From positions 1 through 16,064 of the forward strand of contig JANPEF010000033.1 of NCBI GenBank assembly GCA_031431875.1: a stretch of DNA of 16,064 bases, written 5' to 3'. This DNA comes from Candidatus Eiseniibacteriota bacterium. Lineage in GTDB: Bacteria > Eisenbacteria > RBG-16-71-46 > DASYSL01. Every line of letters begins with the position of its first letter. Position 1 is the stretch's first letter. A program made the translations under genes and the position numbers. Under the pieces are notes generated by a model. That model was given only the letters and a program-made list of their open reading frames with translations. It searched no databases and had not been told where the DNA came from. This document shows positions 1 to 9,061 of this stretch, one piece after another.

Positions 1-57
1 CTCCACGGCGATCCGCGGTGGAGCGCATTCCTGAAGAAAATGGGACTCGAGGACTGA
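1..57 (+). CDS. 3' end (partial) of an upstream TolB-like/TPR protein, probably another Ser/Thr kinase-TPR paralog
   Basis: Frame 1 reads LHGDPRWSAFLKKMGLED* (TGA 55-57). This matches the C-termini of the three complete kinases here: IGDDPRYTALVERMG, LRPDPRFKDLMRRMG, LRQHPRFMALLARMG. Not in the ORF track. Confidence 0.8.
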   Translation, partial: LHGDPRWSAFLKKMGLED

Positions 58-74
58 TCCCGGGCGGAGCCCGA

Positions 75-187
75 GTTGTAAAGCCCGGAGGGACCGTCCT
101 CTTCCGGGGAGCAGCGTTCGGTTCGTACGAATCGTACAGACCGTACGCTCACCTCCGAGAGACCACCGCGCCCGCGGGCTTTACAAC
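75..187. repeat. ~110-bp nested palindromic intergenic element, copy 1
   Basis: Perfect 13-bp terminal inverted repeat GTTGTAAAGCCCG (75-87) / CGGGCTTTACAAC (175-187). Central imperfect hairpin GCGTTCGGTTCGTACG-AAT-CGTACAGACCGTACGC (114-148). Homologous to 12974-13082. Confidence 0.85.
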
Positions 188-211
188 CCGCCCACGCCTC
201 CCCCTTCCGGG

Positions 212-217
212 TAAACT
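212..217 (+). promoter_or_regulatory. Putative -10 element (TAAACT) of a leaderless promoter
   Basis: TAnnnT hexamer 8 nt upstream of ATG 226; no Shine-Dalgarno in the C-rich spacer GCCGCCCC. Confidence 0.55.
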
Positions 218-225
218 GCCGCCCC

Positions 226-2580
<2,355 letters not shown>

Positions 2581-2846
2581 GTCGGACCGGAGTCGAGGCG
2601 GGAGTGGGGGCGGGCGAGACGTGGCCTGTCCCGGCACGGACACATCGGTCTCCCCGATGGCCCCGGTGGGCCATCCCGTACGATGATCGGCCGACGATCG
2701 CGATCGCAGGTTCGCGCCAATGCTGCATTCACGTGCCGGGTTCCGACGGCACGCCCCTTGCGAGCGGAAGCGGCGACCCGTGGACCAACCTTTCCGCGTC
2801 CATGCGGCTCGCTCTCAGGCATTCCACCTGAAGGGACCCTTGCTCC

Positions 2847-4154
2847 ATGAGACCGCACCGCCCTCACCGAGTCACCCCGCTCGCCGCAGTGCTTGCAACG
2901 GCCGCGTTGCTTGCGACCAACGCGCCACTCGCGCCCATCGTACTCCCCGCCTCGGCCGACGTCTCGCCGGTCTATGTCGTCCTCTTCACGCACGTCGAGG
3001 ACAACACCCCGGGCGGCATACTGGGCTCGATGCAATCGCAGCAGAACTACCTGGTGCAGCGCGCGAACCTGATCGCCATGGCGGACCTGGCGTTGGGCGC
3101 GGGCGTGCAATGGACGCTCCAGCCCGACTGGAAACTGCTCGAGGCCGCCCTCCTCTACGAGGACGCGGCGCTCCAGGCATCGACCGGCGACAAGAACTTC
3201 CTGCGCTACCTGAGGGAGGACCTTGGGGTCGTCATCGATCCGCACTCGCACGAGAACGGCGGCTACAACTACACCGACGTCGCGCACCTGCTCGACTCCC
3301 TCGGCGTCGGCGCGACGTCCGTGATCGGCGGGCACGTCTGGGATCCGTCGCTGCCGCAGTTCCAGGCCTGGGATCGCTTCCGCACGCCGGTGATCGGCGA
3401 GCACTACCCCGGTGCGTCGTGGCGCGGCGACATCCTGATCGGCAGCGGGACGCCCAATCACGTCAACGATCCGATCCTCAGCGGCGTGTGGCGTCCGCGC
3501 GATCGCGATCACTATTTCGAGCACGACCCCGCCGCCAACATCGCGGCGATCGGCTCGTACAAGAAGTCGATCGCGAGCATCGCCGAGCTGGTCGAGTCAT
3601 ACCGCTCGGGTACGGTCCCGCCGACCGCCATGCTCACCTTCGGCACGAACATCAACCCCGCCACGCTCGGCGCGCCCGGCGGGCTCGCGGCGGTCGCCGA
3701 CACGGTGATCGCCCCGCTCGTCGCCTGGCGCGACAGCGGGCTCGTGGTCCTGACCGACTTCACCTCGCTCATCGCGACCTGGGAGACGACGTTCGGCGCG
3801 TTCGGCTATGTCCACGACGCCGAGGCGTCGGTGGTCGGCGTCCCTGCGCAGTCGGCGGCGAGCCCCGCCGCCCTCGTTGCGCTTGCACCGGCCGCGCCCA
3901 ATCCGGTGAGCGGGACGACGCTCCTGCGCTACGCGCTGGGGAGTGAGGCGCACGTTCGGTTGTCGATCGTCGACGTGCGCGGCCGCGAGGTGGCGGTGCT
4001 GGTCGACGGGCAGCGGGCCGCAGGCGCGCACGTGGTCACCTGGGATGCCCGGCCTCAGGCGCGCGGCGTGTATGTCTGTCGACTCGTGGCCCGCCGCACG
4101 GATGGAATCGGCGGGTCGGCGGGCCAGGCGCGGAAGCTGATCATCGTGCGGTAG
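2847..4154 (+). CDS. Secreted protein: polysaccharide deacetylase/glycoside hydrolase-like barrel plus C-terminal FlgD-Ig/T9SS type A-like domain
   Basis: Hydrophobic N-terminus ending ...LPASA-D. Candidate metal-binding motifs VLFTHVED and IDPHSHE. C-terminus PNPVSGTTLLRYAL...VRLSIVDVRGREVAVLVDG...GVYVCRL...RKLIIVR. SD-like AAGGGA at 2831-2836. The catalytic assignment is tentative. Confidence 0.8.
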   Translation: MRPHRPHRVTPLAAVLATAALLATNAPLAPIVLPASADVSPVYVVLFTHVEDNTPGGILGSMQSQQNYLVQRANLIAMADLALGAGVQWTLQPDWKLLEAALLYEDAALQASTGDKNFLRYLREDLGVVIDPHSHENGGYNYTDVAHLLDSLGVGATSVIGGHVWDPSLPQFQAWDRFRTPVIGEHYPGASWRGDILIGSGTPNHVNDPILSGVWRPRDRDHYFEHDPAANIAAIGSYKKSIASIAELVESYRSGTVPPTAMLTFGTNINPATLGAPGGLAAVADTVIAPLVAWRDSGLVVLTDFTSLIATWETTFGAFGYVHDAEASVVGVPAQSAASPAALVALAPAAPNPVSGTTLLRYALGSEAHVRLSIVDVRGREVAVLVDGQRAAGAHVVTWDARPQARGVYVCRLVARRTDGIGGSAGQARKLIIVR

Positions 4155-4180
4155 GGAGCCGCGTCAGACCCCCGCCCACG

Positions 4181-4209
4181 AAACAACCTGCCCCGGGGCA
4201 GGTTGCTTT
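4181..4209. terminator. Probable bidirectional intrinsic terminator between convergent genes
   Basis: Perfect 22-bp palindrome CAACCTGCCCCGGGGCAGGTTG (4184-4205), flanked by AAA and CTTT, between stops at 4154 (+) and 4221 (-). The T-tracts are short. Confidence 0.7.
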
Positions 4210-4220
4210 ACTCGCCCCCG

Positions 4221-7200
4221 CTACCGTACCAACACGATCTTTCGGACCGCGCCCAGTCGCGCGCCATCCGCCGTCCGCAGGTCGAGGCGGACGAAGTAGG
4301 TGCCGGCGGCGAGCGGCGCGCCCCGGTCCTCGCGGGCGACCCAGCGCAGGTGGTGGCTGCCGGCCGCGAACTCGGCCGCCGGAATGCGCGCGACCTCGCG
4401 GCCGCGCACGTCGTGCACCGTGAGTTCGACTTCGCCACGCATCGGCAGGTCGAATGCCACGTCGGTCGCGCCGCGGAATGGGTTGGGGCGCGGCATCTGC
4501 AGCGCGAAGGCCAGGCCGGCACCGTCGGCTTTGCCCAGCTCCGCATCGGCCGCATGCCCGCCGTTGCCGCCGCCGAGCGCCGGAGTGTGGATCACGATCG
4601 AACCGCCGCCCAGGGCAGTCGTGTCGTCGGTATCGTCCGCCGCTCCGCTCTGGTTGTCGTACACGATGCCGCCGCCGGCGGCGTACCAGATCTTCATTCG
4701 CATCCGATCGGGCCCCGGGGATCCACCCTCGTCCCCGTCGATCGCCGTGAGCAGGAAGCGGTACGAGCCGCTGCCGTTGATCGTCCCGAAGCCCTTGTAC
4801 TGGGCGCGCGAGCCGGCGACGACCAGCCACTCGTACGACGTGCTGTGGAAGGTGAGTCCCGCGAGCTTGAACATGAACTCGGTCTCGCCGGTCGGGATCG
4901 AGGCGCCGCGCTTGTAGCGCGATTCGAAGCCGAAGTTCGCCTTGCCGCTGAGTCCGGGATTCGCCGCGTACGCGCCGGCAGGCGAGGTGATCCAGCCGCC
5001 TCCGGTGACGAAACCGGCGGCGGGATCGTAGATCACGACCATTGCGTCGACGCCGCCGACCTCGGTCGCCGTGCCCGTCGTGCCCAGGTCATTGGTGACC
5101 GTGAGGCGCACCAAGTAGACGCCCGCCTGCGTGAACGTGCGCATGGCCGTGACTGTGCCCGCGGCGTCGTTGACCACGCCCGCCTGCGTTGCGGTGTCGA
5201 AGGACCACTGGGCGAAATGCGTGCGTCCCGGGCCGTCGCCACCGAAGCTCCCGCTGAACGCCACCGGCTGGCCCACCGGGAACACCGAACCCGACGCGGG
5301 CGCGGTGATCGCCACGTTGAGCGCGAGGCTGGCGACGGTCACGGCGACATCCGCCAAATCGGCGCCACCGGCCCCGTCGCTCACCACGACACGGATCACG
5401 ATTGCGCCCGCCGCCGCCGGCGTCCACGCCACCTGTCCCGTGCCCGGATCGATGGTTGCGCCGACCGGGGATGGTGCGATCAACGAGAAGCCGAGCGTGT
5501 TGGCCGGCAGGTCGGCGTCGATGGCCGAGGTGGCGAACATTAGTGTCGCCCCCGGGGTCGTCGCCTGCGCGCCGGGCACGGTGAGAACCGGGGCCTGGTT
5601 CACCTCGTGGACGTGAATCGTGAACGCCTGCGTCTCCAGCAGTAGCGGAACGCCGTTGTCCGTGACGTGGGCGATGAGGCCGTAGTCGCTCGGCCCCTGG
5701 GCCTCGGTCGGCGTCCAGTCGAACATTCCGCTGCTCGCGCCGAGCGTCACGCCCGTCGGGACCGGCGGATCGAGCGAGAAGATCAGGTTCTCCGGCGGCA
5801 TGTTGCGCGAGCAGGGCTTGGCGAGCGGGCCCATGGCGCTCCCGTCGACCAGGAAGTAGTGCTCGTCCACGGCCGCGTAGCCAATGTGACCGGTGAGATT
5901 GCCCGCCGGCGCGGGGCTGTAGATCCCCACCGACGAGAACGCCGCGGCGGACCAGGCAAACGACGCGGGGCGGCCTCCGAGTGCGGACCACTTGATGGCG
6001 AACTCGCGCCCTTGCCCGTAGATTCCGCCACCGGGACGGTAGGCCTCGCGCCCACCGATGGCGGCCGTATTGGGGACCCACTCCCCCGACCCATCGGCCA
6101 GAAAGTACGGATTGCCCGTGGTCGTCTCGACCTGGATGTCGGCCCGGAACGGCAGGTGTGCCCAGGCCGGATTCACCGGGCCACCGCTGTTGAAGTTGCC
6201 ATTTGCCGCCGTGCCCCCGTCGCTCATCGGGTTGGTGGCGACGAGCTGAAACGACAACAGCGACTCCTCGTTCGCGTCCTTGTCGCCGACGGCCGCGAGT
6301 CCCAGCGGTGCGAAGGGATCCTTGTCGAGGAAGAAGAACAGGCCGTTGAACGGTTGCGCCGTGCGGAAACCCACGTAGAGATTCTCTTCGTCCCACGTCA
6401 TGAACCACTCGCCGTCGCCGCTCTGGAAGCGATTCATCCCGTCCGCATGATCGCCATACTCGTGTGGCGACACGAACCCGTCGACGATCGAGAGCGAGAT
6501 GAAGTCGCCCTCGTCCGCGCCACAGTCGGGATAGGCCGGGTCGCGTGGCTGCCCGTCGATATCCGTCGACGTCCAGGCGGGGACGATCGGCGTTCCTTCG
6601 CTCTCGACCGGGTTGGGCAGGGTGCTGCTGATGTGCAGGTCGTCGGCGGACAGAAACCGGGGATCGAACGGGCGGCTCGCATAGTCGAGGAGGCCGGATG
6701 CCAGCATCCAGTCGCGGAGCAGCGGCTTGTCGACGCCATTGAACGAGCCCACGAATCCGTTGGCCGGATCCGCGACGTGGAGCACGTTGAAGTCCGATTC
6801 CGATCCGTATCCCCCGATCCGTTCGAACCCGATGAACATCGCGTAGTGCTTCGCCGAGCCGGACTGGGGGCCCGTGAAGTTCGCGTAGATGTTGTTCAGG
6901 TTGACGATGCCCCCGGCGGTCGGCGAGAACAGGTCGATGGGCATCCAGCTTTCGTACGCCGTATTCGAGCATGCCGGATTGGTCGGTGCGATGCGCACGC
7001 TGTTGAACATCACGTTGTGGCGACCCGTCGTGGCCTGGCCGAAGGGCTGCAGCGCGATGCCGATGATGCGGCGCGTCGCCGTGACCGTGCTGTTCGACTG
7101 CAGGCCGGACACCATGTTGTTGTGGATCCGCGTCTCGCCCCCCGTGCTGGGCAGGGTGGCCCGGATCCCGGTCACGACTCCTGCCGCCACGTTCAGGTTC

Positions 7201-8825
7201 GCCAGGTCATGGATGCGATTGCTGGATATCGCGGCGACCCCGACCCCCCCGGCGTACGCGCCGGCGGATTCGAACAGGATGCCATCCACCGTGTTGGTCC
7301 CCGTGCTCGTGATGTTGCGGATCTCGCAACTCGCGATCGTGACGTCCTTCTGGTTCAGGCAGCGGACCCCGTAGGCCAACGAAGTGCCGCCGAGGTTGTT
7401 CACCGCCGCGCCGCCGATGACGGTGACCCCCCCGTCGATGACGCCGATCTCGTTGCCCTCGTCCGGAACCGTGCCGTTGCCCTCGAGGGCGATCCCCGCC
7501 GCAACGTCCTCGATCGTCAAGTTGAGGTAACGGTTGTGCGAGTTGGTGCCGGCCACGCCCAGCGGAACCAGCACGCTGCGCGCGCGGATCGCGATCGAAG
7601 TCGCGCGCAGGCGATTCTGCCGCACGGTGAGATCACGAAACGTGTTGTGCTGCGCCCCGTCGCTGGTCGACGAGGGCATGACGAGCAGCGCGGTCACCAG
7701 CGTCGTGCCGCCCCCGCTGGTGAGCGTCAGGCCACGCAACGTCAGGTAGTCGGCGCCGACGACACCGAGGAGCGGCCCGGCGCCCGCGAGATTCAGCGAG
7801 ACGGATCCCGTGCCTCCACTCTCCGTGCCGCGATACGACAGCGTTGCATTCCCGGCCGCCGGTTCGATCATCACCGGACTCGCGGCCGAGGCGCCCGCCA
7901 CGGGCCCGATCAGGAGCGGGAACGTCGTGTTCGTCGAGTCGTAGAGCGCGTCCGTCAGGAGCAGCGTGACTGCGCCGGCGATGCCGCGATGATTGAGGTC
8001 GGCGATGGCCTCGGACAAGCTCGGATACGCCTGGCCCGCCCCGACCGTGTAGGTTCCGCCCGCCAGCGGCGCGGGAGCTCCCGGCGTGAAGCGGATGAAA
8101 CGCGTCGGCCACTTGTTCGTCGTCATGTCACTGGTGTTGGTCGCGCTCGATCCGGTGATCGCGTCGATGTACGAGAATTCGGCGGCCGCCAGGCCGATCG
8201 AAGCGGACTCGCCCGTGTTGTAGGCGACGCCGCTCGTCGGTCCGTAGCGGAATTCGATGGCGTTGCTGCCCTCCTCGAGGACGAGCTGGAAATTGATGCG
8301 CCGGGGCTGGCCGAGGGCCACCGTGGCGAAGGACGAGACGTCGGTCCATTGCACGGTCAGCGTCTGGCTGCCGGCCACACCCGCCACTTGATACAGCACG
8401 GCACCGGCCGGATTCGCCCCGACGGCCCCGATCGTGAGGTTGTCGAACCACGGCTCCATCGCGGGCAAGCCCAGCGCGGGGCCGAAATTCGCGTTGTTCG
8501 CTGGGGTGGTGACGCTCGAGGTCGAGAGGAATGCATGTCCGTTGGTGCAGATGGCGAGGAACGAAGCGGTGGTGTAGGACGCCCCGCCGTAGGTGAAGGC
8601 GAACGGCAGCGGAATCGAGGTGGTCCCGTCGTTGAGATCGGCAAACGCGACCGCAGTGGCCCCGCCGCCCGGACTGATGGCCGTGTAGGTCCCGACCGAC
8701 GTCGAGCGCGTGTAGCTGAGCTGGGCCTCGGCCGGGAGGGTCACTCCGAGGCCGAGCCCCGTGAGGACGAGCAGAATGCCGACAGGGCGGAGACCTGGGC
8801 GCAACTGTGGTCGTGTGACGGTCAC
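4221..8825 (-). CDS. Large secreted multidomain surface protein (~1534 aa): N-terminal beta domain, parallel beta-helix, DOMON/CBM9-like domain, two cadherin-like Ig repeats, PKD domain, VTGGGWI domain, FlgD-Ig/T9SS-like CTD
   Basis: Start re-called to GTG 8825 (GGGGGA 5 nt upstream), giving signal peptide MTVTRPQ...GILLVLTGLGLGVTLPAEA-Q. Beta-helix cap YTVGAGQAYPSLSEAIADL; tail DIDGQPRDPAYPDCGADE; WFMTWDEENLYVGF; NQAPVL..DADLPANTLGFSL..WTP; FTQAGVYLVRLTVTND; YDPAAGFVTGGGWI; PNPFRGAT..VHDVRGREV..GTYFVRL..RKIVLVR. Confidence 0.9.
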   Translation of the reverse strand: MTVTRPQLRPGLRPVGILLVLTGLGLGVTLPAEAQLSYTRSTSVGTYTAISPGGGATAVAFADLNDGTTSIPLPFAFTYGGASYTTASFLAICTNGHAFLSTSSVTTPANNANFGPALGLPAMEPWFDNLTIGAVGANPAGAVLYQVAGVAGSQTLTVQWTDVSSFATVALGQPRRINFQLVLEEGSNAIEFRYGPTSGVAYNTGESASIGLAAAEFSYIDAITGSSATNTSDMTTNKWPTRFIRFTPGAPAPLAGGTYTVGAGQAYPSLSEAIADLNHRGIAGAVTLLLTDALYDSTNTTFPLLIGPVAGASAASPVMIEPAAGNATLSYRGTESGGTGSVSLNLAGAGPLLGVVGADYLTLRGLTLTSGGGTTLVTALLVMPSSTSDGAQHNTFRDLTVRQNRLRATSIAIRARSVLVPLGVAGTNSHNRYLNLTIEDVAAGIALEGNGTVPDEGNEIGVIDGGVTVIGGAAVNNLGGTSLAYGVRCLNQKDVTIASCEIRNITSTGTNTVDGILFESAGAYAGGVGVAAISSNRIHDLANLNVAAGVVTGIRATLPSTGGETRIHNNMVSGLQSNSTVTATRRIIGIALQPFGQATTGRHNVMFNSVRIAPTNPACSNTAYESWMPIDLFSPTAGGIVNLNNIYANFTGPQSGSAKHYAMFIGFERIGGYGSESDFNVLHVADPANGFVGSFNGVDKPLLRDWMLASGLLDYASRPFDPRFLSADDLHISSTLPNPVESEGTPIVPAWTSTDIDGQPRDPAYPDCGADEGDFISLSIVDGFVSPHEYGDHADGMNRFQSGDGEWFMTWDEENLYVGFRTAQPFNGLFFFLDKDPFAPLGLAAVGDKDANEESLLSFQLVATNPMSDGGTAANGNFNSGGPVNPAWAHLPFRADIQVETTTGNPYFLADGSGEWVPNTAAIGGREAYRPGGGIYGQGREFAIKWSALGGRPASFAWSAAAFSSVGIYSPAPAGNLTGHIGYAAVDEHYFLVDGSAMGPLAKPCSRNMPPENLIFSLDPPVPTGVTLGASSGMFDWTPTEAQGPSDYGLIAHVTDNGVPLLLETQAFTIHVHEVNQAPVLTVPGAQATTPGATLMFATSAIDADLPANTLGFSLIAPSPVGATIDPGTGQVAWTPAAAGAIVIRVVVSDGAGGADLADVAVTVASLALNVAITAPASGSVFPVGQPVAFSGSFGGDGPGRTHFAQWSFDTATQAGVVNDAAGTVTAMRTFTQAGVYLVRLTVTNDLGTTGTATEVGGVDAMVVIYDPAAGFVTGGGWITSPAGAYAANPGLSGKANFGFESRYKRGASIPTGETEFMFKLAGLTFHSTSYEWLVVAGSRAQYKGFGTINGSGSYRFLLTAIDGDEGGSPGPDRMRMKIWYAAGGGIVYDNQSGAADDTDDTTALGGGSIVIHTPALGGGNGGHAADAELGKADGAGLAFALQMPRPNPFRGATDVAFDLPMRGEVELTVHDVRGREVARIPAAEFAAGSHHLRWVAREDRGAPLAAGTYFVRLDLRTADGARLGAVRKIVLVR

Positions 8826-9021
8826 GGGGATCCCCCGATGGAGTCGTTGGTCGTGAGTCGGCCTGGTGGGTCGGGGGGTGATCGCTCGCCTGCAATGCAG
8901 CGCGACGGGGCAGGAGTCGCGCCCCGTGAAGCTCCGGTTCCCCCCGGATCCGGAGTCCGCGGGGGCTTCTGTGCCCTCGTCGCTCATGAGGTGCAACGAT
9001 GCCGCGCGAGGGAACGCACAG

Positions 9022-9045
9022 AAAAAATTGCGCCATGGGTGGCGC
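9022..9045 (-). terminator. Putative intrinsic terminator downstream of the minus-strand kinase
   Basis: Minus strand reads GCGCCA-CCCA-TGGCGC-AA-TTTTTT, starting 16 nt after the stop at 9062. Confidence 0.55.
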
Positions 9046-9061
9046 GGGTGCGGGCAGGCGG

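Noticed and set aside
114..148. CRISPR array or LexA box
   Set aside because: Units are 9 bp with no spacers and no cas genes. GTAC-N5-GTAC spacing does not match the LexA boxes I know (GAAC-N4-GTTC, GTTC-N7-GTTC, GTAC-N4-GTWC).
75..187. Palindromic element as an integron attC site
   Set aside because: The ends are GTT...AAC, the reverse of the RYYYAAC...GTTRRRY arrangement. GTTGTAA does not fit GTTRRRY, and no integrase is in the window.
2811..2820. Glycine riboswitch suggested by CTCTCAGG
   Set aside because: The upstream GGAGA and CCGAAG elements are absent, and the downstream gene is unrelated to glycine metabolism.
8826..8996. 57-aa N-terminal extension of the giant protein
   Set aside because: The signal peptide and SD-like site support GTG 8825, and the extension has non-coding-like composition.
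8921..9023. c-di-GMP or other known riboswitch
   Set aside because: Hairpins are present but I could not find the GNRA tetraloop/receptor or other class-defining nucleotides.
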